64,000 nucleotides of DNA from Pirellulaceae bacterium (GTDB lineage: Bacteria; Planctomycetota; Planctomycetia; Pirellulales; Pirellulaceae), in NCBI GenBank assembly GCA_963851305.1, contig CAWKOT010000011.1, positions 329,716-393,715 of the forward strand, given 5' to 3'. Below the pieces are notes generated by a model. That model made no database searches, was not told the DNA's origin, and worked only from the letters and a program-made list of their open reading frames with translations. This document shows positions 31,370 to 38,269 of the stretch, one piece after another (the stretch's first letter is position 1; every line of letters starts with the position of its first letter). A program made the position numbers and the translations under genes.

Positions 31370-31448
31370 AACGGGTGCTGCACATCAAATTGCGAAGAGA
31401 TTGGCACAAAAAAACGGAGGTCGAGATGAGACTCGACCTCCGTGGTTT

Positions 31449-32627
31449 TCACAACAGGTTGACGACCCGGTCCGCCAGGCCCTGTTCACCGAGCACGACG
31501 TTCAGGTTACCGCTGGACGCGACCTTTTCCAGAACTTCCAGTTCTCGCAGTCGCATCAAGGTCGGGTTGTCCACCAACAGCCGGGCGGTATTCGACTGGC
31601 TGCGCATGGCTGCGGTTTCCTCGCGACGGGCAATCAGGTTGGCTTCGGCCGCCTTCCTGGCTTCGGTCACCTTGTTCATCAGGTCCTTCATTTCGCCCGG
31701 CAGGATGATGTCGCGGATACCCACCGATACGATCGCCAGTCCCAATTCACTCGCCCGCTGGTGTAGTTGTTGCTGGAATTCGTCAGTCACGGCATCCTTG
31801 TCGGTCAAGAACGAATCCAGATCACGGGTGCCCACCAACGCTCGCAGCGCCAACTGCGCCTGGCGGTACAGGGACTGCATCGCGCCATCGCTGACCATCA
31901 CGGCCTTGCAGGCATCGATTACCTTGTAGGTGACCAGTGCGTTCATCCGCAGGGTGACCTTGTCGGCGGTCATGATTTCCTGGCCCGCCACATCCAGGGT
32001 CTGTTCACGGGTGTCCACTTCGACCACCTTGGTATCCGCCACGTTCTTCCAGAACGCGTATTGTCCCGGTGACAGAGTTTCCACCAGGCGACCATCGCAA
32101 AAGGCCACGCCGACGTGGTTCCGCTGCACGGTGCAGACATCCAACAGGCCGGTGGCGCCGGATGAACGAACGATCGACATCAATTCGGCGTGATCAAATC
32201 GCACCTGGTGAGCGTCCACCAGTTCCACGCGGACGTCCTTGAAGCCGGTCCAGTAGGCGTACAGCCCCGGCGACAGCACGTGACTGAAACGACCGTCGAT
32301 CCAGACCAGACCACGCTGGTGATCCTTCAGATCGACAACTTCTGCCAGGCCCTTGAGCGCGCCACTCTTGATCATCACCTCCAGTTCGTCGTGGATGATC
32401 CATGCGTTTCGCTGTGAAACCACTTCCACGCGGACCTTCCACAGCGGATCGAACAGCCGGTGCTGACCGGCGGTCAGCACACGCTGGAATTCACCATCGC
32501 GGAAGTACAGACCGATTTCGTAACGGCGAATCTTTACTCGCTTGAAGATCATGGTCTTCCTCCCTTCGTCAAATAGACTTGAAAATTCACTCATAACACC
32601 AACCCAAATCAGCGACGGACCAGCCAT
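31449..32627 (-). CDS. SPFH/band-7 (stomatin/prohibitin-like) domain protein with an N-terminal threefold repeat
   Basis: The C-terminal SPFH core is TADKVTLRMNALVTYKVID...IVSVGIRDIILPGEMKDLMNKVTEARKAAEANLI. The N-terminal 200 aa hold three copies of a (F/W)xDGxF..L(S/T)xGxY motif. Confidence 0.7.
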   Translation of the reverse strand: MAGPSLIWVGVMSEFSSLFDEGRKTMIFKRVKIRRYEIGLYFRDGEFQRVLTAGQHRLFDPLWKVRVEVVSQRNAWIIHDELEVMIKSGALKGLAEVVDLKDHQRGLVWIDGRFSHVLSPGLYAYWTGFKDVRVELVDAHQVRFDHAELMSIVRSSGATGLLDVCTVQRNHVGVAFCDGRLVETLSPGQYAFWKNVADTKVVEVDTREQTLDVAGQEIMTADKVTLRMNALVTYKVIDACKAVMVSDGAMQSLYRQAQLALRALVGTRDLDSFLTDKDAVTDEFQQQLHQRASELGLAIVSVGIRDIILPGEMKDLMNKVTEARKAAEANLIARREETAAMRSQSNTARLLVDNPTLMRLRELEVLEKVASSGNLNVVLGEQGLADRVVNLL

Positions 32628-33052
32628 CCGGTTTGGATGGACGTCTCCGGTCCGATTTGGCTGCGTGATTGATTTACCATTTGGATGTCTGTTCTGGGTG
32701 CCGGTTCGCGTTTGTCTGAAAAACTCCCTCCGTCAGCAGAACCATCGTTCGATCACACGTCCGAAACGCGGAGTGCTGTTTGAGCGGTCATGTTCATGGA
32801 AGACGTGGGCAACTTTCGCGGCCGAAGCCAGGCAAGCTAATGCTTGTCTGACGTCATGCCGTTCCCGTTGCCGCGATCGACCACGCGCGTGAAGGCGGTA
32901 TCCACGCACTGCAGGGCGCCGGTAAGTGTTGCCGCGAATGTTCCACGGAACGACCAGGCGTCCGGGGTAATTCACGGCCGATCCAACGACGGTCTGCCGA
33001 CTTCGGGATTCAGGGAGGGACCTTGCGGTCCCGTGCAAGCTGCAAGACTTGC

Positions 33053-33125
33053 GGTGTGGTACGGGAATCGAACCCGTGACAACCAGGTTAACAGCCTGAT
33101 GCTCTGCCAACTGAGCTAACCAATG
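33053..33125 (-). tRNA. tRNA-Asn(GTT)-like; acceptor-stem halves mismatched at the top three pairs (possible pseudo or chimeric tRNA)
   Basis: D-arm GCTC/GAGC, anticodon arm TCAGG-CTGTTAA-CCTGG and T-arm ACGGG-TTCGATT-CCCGT are all good. The 3' acceptor ACCACAC does not pair with the 5' CATTGGT. Confidence 0.45.
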
Positions 33126-33340
33126 AAGGTTGGTTTCGCCATGCCAGTTCGAAGCCAATCACGGTACACTCAACACCAACCAGCTGAATGGGGTGCAGAA
33201 CGCCGCTGGCCATTCTGGCCAAACCTTGCCTGAAAATTCATGTGGATCATCTTCCGTTCAACCACGTCCGTGATGGCAGTGGCTTATTCTTGCCCGTCGT
33301 ACGCCAACCAGGTTAAACGTCAGTCCAACAGGGGACCAGG

Positions 33341-33411
33341 AGACGCCGATGGGAGTCGAACCCATTTCGACCGGGTTGCAACCGGTTGCCTGGCCGTCTG
33401 GCTCCAGCGCC
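33341..33411 (-). tRNA. tRNA-Cys(GCA)-like
   Basis: Anticodon arm ACCGG-TTGCAAC-CCGGT, T-arm ATGGG-TTCGACT-CCCAT. Acceptor GGCGCTG/CGGCGTC pairs with two G-U wobbles. G8, 3-bp D-stem. Confidence 0.5.
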
Positions 33412-33418
33412 CAAATAG

Positions 33419-33489
33419 TAGCCCGTCCAGGAATCGAACCTGGCCTGCGACCTTCGCACGGTCGCGTGCCTCCAACACACTCACAGGCT
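33419..33489 (-). tRNA. tRNA-Arg(GCG)-like
   Basis: Anticodon loop GTGCGAA between CGACC/GGTCG. T-arm CCAGG-TTCGATT-CCTGG. Acceptor AGCCTGT/ACGGGCT. G8 and GTGT D-stem. Confidence 0.5.
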
Positions 33490-33556
33490 ATCTTGTCTTT
33501 TCAGGTTTTCATTTTGATGGTCGGCTCCAACGATCTGTTTCCTTGGCCGTCATCAG

Positions 33557-33628
33557 TACCTCGCCAGGGAATCGAACCCCGTCCTGCAGATTCGAAGTCT
33601 GCCGTGCCATCCGTCACACTCGCAAGGC
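33557..33628 (-). tRNA. tRNA-Arg(TCG)
   Basis: Anticodon arm GCAGA-CTTCGAA-TCTGC. T-arm CGGGG-TTCGATT-CCCTG. Acceptor GCCTTGC/GCGAGGT with two G-U pairs. Confidence 0.55.
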
Positions 33629-33659
33629 ATCCGCATTGGCTTACCGCTGGCCGGTCGAG

Positions 33660-33730
33660 CAGGAGTGCCAGGAATCGAACCCTTTGGTGGCGGTTTTGGA
33701 GGCCGCCCGCTTGCCCAGAAGCACACTGCC
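33660..33730 (-). tRNA. tRNA-Trp(CCA)-like (weak T-stem)
   Basis: Anticodon loop CTCCAAA. T-loop TTCGATT, but the T-stem pairs poorly (AAGGG/CCTGG). Possibly affected by an indel. Confidence 0.4.
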
Positions 33731-33740
33731 GAAGGCGAAG

Positions 33741-33814
33741 GGTATCCGACGGGAATCGAACCCGTACTTCCTGCTTCACAGGCAGGCGTGCATGCCCGCT
33801 ACACTTCGGATACC
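33741..33814 (-). tRNA. tRNA-His(GTG) with G-1
   Basis: Acceptor GTATCCG/CGGATAC is perfect, with an extra 5' G pairing the C73 discriminator. Anticodon arm CCTGC-CTGTGAA-GCAGG. T-arm ACGGG-TTCGATT-CCCGT. A8. Confidence 0.75.
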
Positions 33815-33870
33815 ATGCCAGGGAGATGAAAAGTCGTCGATCCGAAACCGATACGGCCTGGACCAGACTG

Positions 33871-33951
33871 TTTTCATCAGTGGAACGTCGGGGAGTCGAA
33901 CCCCGATTGTCCGGTTGCAAACCAGAAGTCTTCCCGTTGGACCAACGTCCC
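33871..33951 (-). tRNA. tRNA-Ala(TGC) with the G3:U70 identity pair
   Basis: Acceptor GGGACGT/ACGTTCC gives G3-U70. Anticodon arm TCTGG-TTTGCAA-CCGGA. T-arm CGGGG-TTCGACT-CCCCG. U8. Confidence 0.7.
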
Positions 33952-33962
33952 CTGATTGCCCG

Positions 33963-34033
33963 AGGTCCGTCCGGGGTTCGAACCCGGTCTTCGTCGGTAC
34001 CATCAACGCGTGCTGCCGGAACACTTACAGACC
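33963..34033 (-). tRNA. tRNA-Thr(GGT)
   Basis: Anticodon arm CGTTG-ATGGTAC-CGACG. T-arm CCGGG-TTCGAAC-CCCGG. Acceptor GGTCTGT/ACGGACC. A8, GTGT/GCAC D-stem. Confidence 0.6.
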
Positions 34034-34069
34034 AATACAGGCGTCCCCATTTGCCGGGGCAACCTGAAG

Positions 34070-34138
34070 TAGCGGGACCGGGAGTCGCACCCGATGGTCA
34101 AGGCATATGAAACCTCGCTGAGCACTCGCTCGCCCGCT
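34070..34138 (-). tRNA. tRNA-Met(CAT)-like with a non-canonical T-loop (TGCGACT)
   Basis: Anticodon loop TTCATAT. The T-loop has G in place of T55. Acceptor has one mismatch. Possibly degenerate. Confidence 0.4.
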
Positions 34139-34337
34139 CGATTCTTCTTTTGCCGTCCTCCGTCCGTTGCGCTCGGCACGTTGGCAATCCGCTCTGGATC
34201 GGGTTTGTCAGGCCCCACCAGACAGCTGGCCAGATTGCCGTTAATACGAAGCACTGCAGCTTTGCGACTCCAGTAATCTCCAGCAATCTGTCAACGCTCC
34301 TGCGACGGATCCGCCGTACGGACCGTTGATTGTCGAG

Positions 34338-34417
34338 TAGCACGGGTGGGAGTCGAACCCACAGACAATCACGAAGGTTTGAGCTTCGCCGCTTTACCAT
34401 GATTTGCGCACCGTGCC
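34338..34417 (-). tRNA. tRNA-Leu(CAA)-like (extended variable region)
   Basis: Anticodon arm CGAAG-CTCAAAC-CTTCG. Variable region of about 9 nt. T-arm GTGGG-TTCGACT-CCCAC. Acceptor GGCACGG/CCGTGCT. Confidence 0.55.
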
Positions 34418-34424
34418 GCTTGAG

Positions 34425-34499
34425 CGCCCCCGATGGGATTTGAACCCACGACCTCCTGTGTGACAAACAGGCGAGCACTCCGGACTGCTCCACGAGGAC
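34425..34499 (-). tRNA. tRNA-Asp(GTC)
   Basis: Acceptor GTCCTCG/CGGGGGC. D-arm GAGC/GCTC. Anticodon arm CCTGT-TTGTCAC-ACAGG. T-arm GTGGG-TTCAAAT-CCCAT. Canonical U8. Confidence 0.75.
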
Positions 34500-34511
34500 A
34501 TTACATTGCAG

Positions 34512-34584
34512 TAGTCCTGGGTGGACTCGAACCACCGATCTGCTGCTTGTAAGGCAGTTGCCCTCGCCGCTGGGCCACAGGACC
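34512..34584 (-). tRNA. tRNA-Val(TAC)
   Basis: Acceptor GGTCCTG/CAGGACT. D-arm GCCC/GGGC. Anticodon loop CTTACAA. T-arm GGTGG-TTCGAGT-CCACC. Confidence 0.7.
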
Positions 34585-34593
34585 ATGGGTCAG

Positions 34594-34677
34594 CGGAAGC
34601 CGTGGGACTCGAACCCACAAGTCGCGGTACGACCGACTGTTTTCAAGACAGTTTCCTCATCCGGCCGGATGGCTTCC
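34594..34677 (-). tRNA. tRNA-Ser(TGA), type II with a long variable arm
   Basis: Acceptor GGAAGCC/GGCTTCC is perfect. Anticodon arm ACTGT-CTTGAAA-ACAGT. Variable arm of about 17 nt. T-arm GTGGG-TTCGAGT-CCCAC. Confidence 0.7.
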
Positions 34678-34688
34678 GTATTCGCCAG

Positions 34689-34759
34689 CTGCGGGAGTTG
34701 GAATCGAACCAACATCGAAACGTTCAGAGCGTTTCATCCTGCCATTAGAAGATCCCGCA
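34689..34759 (-). tRNA. tRNA-Gln(CTG)
   Basis: Acceptor TGCGGGA/TCCCGCA is perfect. Anticodon arm AAACG-CTCTGAA-CGTTT. T-arm GTTGG-TTCGATT-CCAAC. Confidence 0.65.
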
Positions 34760-34775
34760 GGAGTATTTGCGTCAG

Positions 34776-34848
34776 CTGCGGCGGCAGGAATCGAACCTGC
34801 GGCACGAAGATTAACAGTCCCCGCCCCGTACCAACACAGGACACCGCA
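34776..34848 (-). tRNA. tRNA-Asn(GTT)
   Basis: Acceptor TGCGGTG/CGCCGCA. Anticodon loop CTGTTAA. T-arm GCAGG-TTCGATT-CCTGC. Weak D-stem. Confidence 0.55.
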
Positions 34849-34933
34849 TCAATTTCGTCAATCACAATGGCGGTGTACCCACGCCGGTCTCAACGGATTG
34901 ATGACGAGCGCAGCGGTGCCACGTGTTCACGGA

Positions 34934-35004
34934 AGCGCCCAGCCGGAATCGAACCGACACATCCTGCATGGCAAGCAGGAAGGCTGCCACTACATCATGG
35001 GCGC
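34934..35004 (-). tRNA. tRNA-Gly(GCC)-like (degenerate D-arm)
   Basis: Acceptor GCGCCCA/TGGGCGC is perfect. Anticodon arm CCTGC-TTGCCAT-GCAGG. T-arm GTCGG-TTCGATT-CCGGC. The D-stem is not clearly paired. Confidence 0.5.
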
Positions 35005-35073
35005 GATACAACGCGAACCGAATTGTCAAAGATCAGGCGCGGGTTGTTCAGCATGGCCGAACTTTCCGTGCGT

Positions 35074-35146
35074 TTGTTTTCAGTGGGACCGGAGGGACTT
35101 GAACCCTCACCCGCCTGGGTAAGAACCAGGGATGCTGCCGTTAACA
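35074..35146 (-). tRNA. tRNA-Lys(CTT)
   Basis: Acceptor GGGACTG/CGGTCCC. Anticodon arm CCTGG-TTCTTAC-CCAGG. T-arm GAGGG-TTCAAGT-CCCTC. A8, GTGT D-stem. Confidence 0.6.
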
Positions 35147-35310
35147 CCTCAGTCCCCAATGGTCTGCCGTTGGCATGAAGGAATTGCATCTGGCGGTGTG
35201 ACTTGTCAGATCAACACGCTAAACACGAAGCTTCAGGCCTGCTGTGCGGTATTTCCAACACTCCAGCGGTGATTCATTTGAATTTCCGTTTCCCATTGGT
35301 TCTGGTTTCA

Positions 35311-35383
35311 GTGGTAGTCCTGGGAATCGAATCCTCGTCTGCAGTTTTTCAGACTGCCGCTAAACCGTCTCAGCTACCGGCCC
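35311..35383 (-). tRNA. tRNA-Phe(GAA)-like 5' half with a non-matching 3' half (probable pseudo or chimeric tRNA at the upstream end of the array)
   Basis: The 5' acceptor GGGCCGG, D-arm GCTG-AGACGGTT-TAGC and anticodon arm GCAGT-CTGAAAA-ACTGC are coherent. The T-stem does not pair, and the expected 3' acceptor CCGGCCC is absent. Confidence 0.4.
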
Positions 35384-36168
35384 GTTTCTGTTCTGATTCG
35401 TTTGCCTTTTCCTTTCTCGCCTGCGTTATTTCTTGAGCACGATTCATTTCAAGCGTTGAATGGGGATCGAGGCTGCTGACAAAACACCATGTCCAAAGGA
35501 AGTCTTGGCAGGAACCTCGACCTAGCCCATGAACAATCGAAGTTCAACCGGATCCACAAAAAAACCCGATGTCGCTTTGACACCGGGTCGTGTGGCTCGT
35601 GTGAGTCTCACTGCGTGTCAGAAGCGTGATCGTTGTTCGGCATGCGCACGACGACCCTGATTATTTGCCCGATGAGCAAACTGGATCGAGGGACAGCCGG
35701 TCAGCGATAACAATTTCATTTCTATGATTGATGACATGGCAAAGTTCTTATTGCGGTGTTCTACCCGTGAAGGGGGGCGAATCATGTTACACGTCTTTAG
35801 AGCAAGCCAACGACGAAGAGTTCGCCGGTTTTCAAAAAAAATCCGGATTTGTTTTCCGGCTGGTCACCCAGTCTACGCCCACCGCTGGATCGTTCCGGCA
35901 AGCAACCGCCGGCGTTCCTGTCTACGTTATTTGTCAGAATGAGGCCCTGGCACGGCCGCCTCGCAATACGGCCTGCACCGCGCTTGGATTGATCAGCGCC
36001 GAAGTCCATCCCGCACCAGGCTACCGCTGATCCGGATTGGGGGACGGCCGAAGGGGCAGCCGCGGGCCGGCGAAATCAGGCGAATTTTGCAAACTGTAAT
36101 TAGCGACAAAACCGTTGTGACCTGCCCTAATCGGCAGAAGTTTTCAATTTGAAGTTGAAAAAACCCCG

Positions 36169-37395
36169 TTGGCGGTCACATTCAATAGACGATGCCAATT
36201 AACGGATATATTTCAAAAGTGCCCCGTTAATTGCATAATCAGGAACTTGCGCACCGTGATTTTGCCTCGATTTAAAGCCTCCACCTTGTTCGGCATCTCC
36301 GCGATATCGATATTCCAACCTGACTGGACGTTGACCAACGACTGGTTTGATAACCTGCCGCGCAAATTTCTCAAACACACCGGCATCGAAAAGCGATCCG
36401 TGGCCGCGGTGGATGAAGTGGCCCTGGCGGTTAATGCGACCAACAAACTGATACGGGAAACCGACGCTGATATCAGCCGGTGTGCAGGGGTCGTTTTCAC
36501 CTCCCCTTCGTTTATTCCAGTGGCGTTAAGTCGCCAGCTTTATGGCCAAGCTCAGGCCAAGGAATATCAATTGAATCGGGCCGCCGCCCGGTTTGCGGAA
36601 TTGATGGGCATGCAACCTCGCCGGATTGCGGCGACCAATACCTTCTGCGCCGGATACGCGAAGGCCATGTCACTTGTGCTGGACCGAGTCGGACCGGCAG
36701 TGGACCTGCAAACAGACGAGTTTATCCTGCTGGTAACCACCAGCCGTATCAGCCATATCACCGACTACCAGTGTCCGGAAACCAGCGGACTGTTCGGCGA
36801 CATGGCGACCACCACCATGATTTCCCGTACTGATAGTCAACGTTATCCGGTCCGCTTGCAGTTGCTTGCCGCCCGCACCGATCGCTTACCCACCAATCGA
36901 CCCTTTTTCGACTTCGTTCGTCGACGCGACGTTCCCGTGCCGACCAGCGATGGTGGCAAACAGGTGCAACAGGAACGGATCGTTTTCACGTTGGATGGGA
37001 TGGGTGTGGCCGATTCGGCATCTCGTGCCATGGCCGGTTCGGCGCTGGAAATGGCTCACCAGCTTGGATTGAACCCGGGCGACATCGAGTTCATTATTCC
37101 GCATCAGGCCGGCTCCGCGATTGTCCGTCTGGCCGAAATGAAAATGCGGGACCAGGGATTCACGGGCGAAGTTGTCAATGGGATGGCGAATCAGATTGGC
37201 AATGTCAGTTCGGGCTCCATACCCTACGCGATCCATCGAAAATGGTCGCAACTGCAAGGCAATATTTTCTGCCCCGTTGCCAGCGTTGGTCGTCCTGGCA
37301 AGCCCTTTGTTACCGAAGGCTGCATTGCCCTTCGCTCGGTTGATTGTCCAGCTGATCTGACCACCGATGGCGTGGTCGCCTCCAGCCTCGTTTGA
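36169..37395 (+). CDS. FabH-like beta-ketoacyl-ACP synthase III family condensing enzyme
   Basis: Cys motif NTFCAGYAKAM, His motif FIIPHQAGSAI and Asn motif IGNVSSGSIP are in the order of the FabH family triad. The real start may be the in-frame GTG at 36256. Confidence 0.7.
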   Translation: MAVTFNRRCQLTDIFQKCPVNCIIRNLRTVILPRFKASTLFGISAISIFQPDWTLTNDWFDNLPRKFLKHTGIEKRSVAAVDEVALAVNATNKLIRETDADISRCAGVVFTSPSFIPVALSRQLYGQAQAKEYQLNRAAARFAELMGMQPRRIAATNTFCAGYAKAMSLVLDRVGPAVDLQTDEFILLVTTSRISHITDYQCPETSGLFGDMATTTMISRTDSQRYPVRLQLLAARTDRLPTNRPFFDFVRRRDVPVPTSDGGKQVQQERIVFTLDGMGVADSASRAMAGSALEMAHQLGLNPGDIEFIIPHQAGSAIVRLAEMKMRDQGFTGEVVNGMANQIGNVSSGSIPYAIHRKWSQLQGNIFCPVASVGRPGKPFVTEGCIALRSVDCPADLTTDGVVASSLV

Positions 37396-37552
37396 CCATC
37401 TCATCCCATGCTGGGCAAGGACGCCCCGGAAATGATTCAACGCAAAATGACCGACCGGAACCCGAAATCCGAGGCGGATGGTCTGCATGACTTCTGACAT
37501 CTCGCTCGCATCTGGTCACACCTGATCCAACGCCGCGTCCTGGTGCGAGAGA

Positions 37553-38068
37553 TTACTTCTGGATCCGAATCGATCGGCAGAATTTTGCGGTTTCTTGTTC
37601 GTTCGCGCCCGTCCCAAATCGGACGTTGGCGGTATAGATCGAATTCTTGTGAATAAGCAGGATAGCAACGCCCTGAGAGTCGTCATCCTGGCATTCGTAC
37701 CGCAGTAACCGCCCGACCACGCCGTCAACTTCGATTGGCTCAAGAGACTGTTCGTTGGCCGAGTACTTCTCCAGTAATCCGTTCTTTGCGCTGGTGTACA
37801 CTTTTTCATCGCTGGCAAATTGGCGGATCCAGCCCGACAGTTTCGTGCTGCTGACGGAATATTCGGCTTCTTCGATCTGACAGCCCCGGATGTTGGTAAC
37901 GATCGTGCCCATCACCGTATCTTCCCGATTGACGGATTCCTTGATCTCACCGGGAAACATGCCTTGCACCACGCCGTCACTGGTTTCCACCGTTTGCCAG
38001 CCATCTTCAGCGAAGGCTGCACATTCCATGGTCAACAACAAGAATACGAGCGTCCACACGCATTTCAT
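37553..38068 (-). CDS. small secreted hypothetical protein (signal peptide)
   Basis: MKCVWTLVFLLLTMECAAFA signal peptide. No recognisable domain. Confidence 0.4.
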   Translation of the reverse strand: MKCVWTLVFLLLTMECAAFAEDGWQTVETSDGVVQGMFPGEIKESVNREDTVMGTIVTNIRGCQIEEAEYSVSSTKLSGWIRQFASDEKVYTSAKNGLLEKYSANEQSLEPIEVDGVVGRLLRYECQDDDSQGVAILLIHKNSIYTANVRFGTGANEQETAKFCRSIRIQK

Positions 38069-38269
38069 ATGTTGGCTCCTTCCGAATTCAAGAATGAGGG
38101 CGTTCGTTTTGCGCAAGGTTTTACGCGAGGCAATTTTTCACTGCGGGCGGATACTACTGACAATCGGTTTATCCCTCCAGCCTGAATTCTAATCAATGAT
38201 AGCAATCGGCCGGCAGCTACCTGTTCTTGCAATCATGTGGAGCGTGGATCTTGTTATCTAGGTCGCGAT

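Noticed and set aside
33963-34033. Possible plus-strand orientation for one tRNA, because its T-arm GGTTCGAACC is palindromic
   Set aside because: Only the minus-strand reading gives a 5-bp T-stem (CCGGG/CCCGG), a proper anticodon arm (Thr GGT) and a paired acceptor stem.
33240-35178. Four long ORFs from the track (33240..34067 +, 33349..34110 +, 34098..34586 -, 34558..35178 +), each over 160 aa
   Set aside because: They run straight through the packed tRNA genes and have Arg/Pro/Ser-rich low-complexity translations, with no start context. These are GC-rich non-coding artefacts, not CDS.
32900-35600. Mobile-element context for the tRNA array (integrase, att duplication, transposase)
   Set aside because: No integrase or transposase ORF and no obvious direct repeat of a tRNA 3' end flank the array. 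The mismatched terminal tRNAs are noted as possible scars, but there is no evidence for a mobile element.
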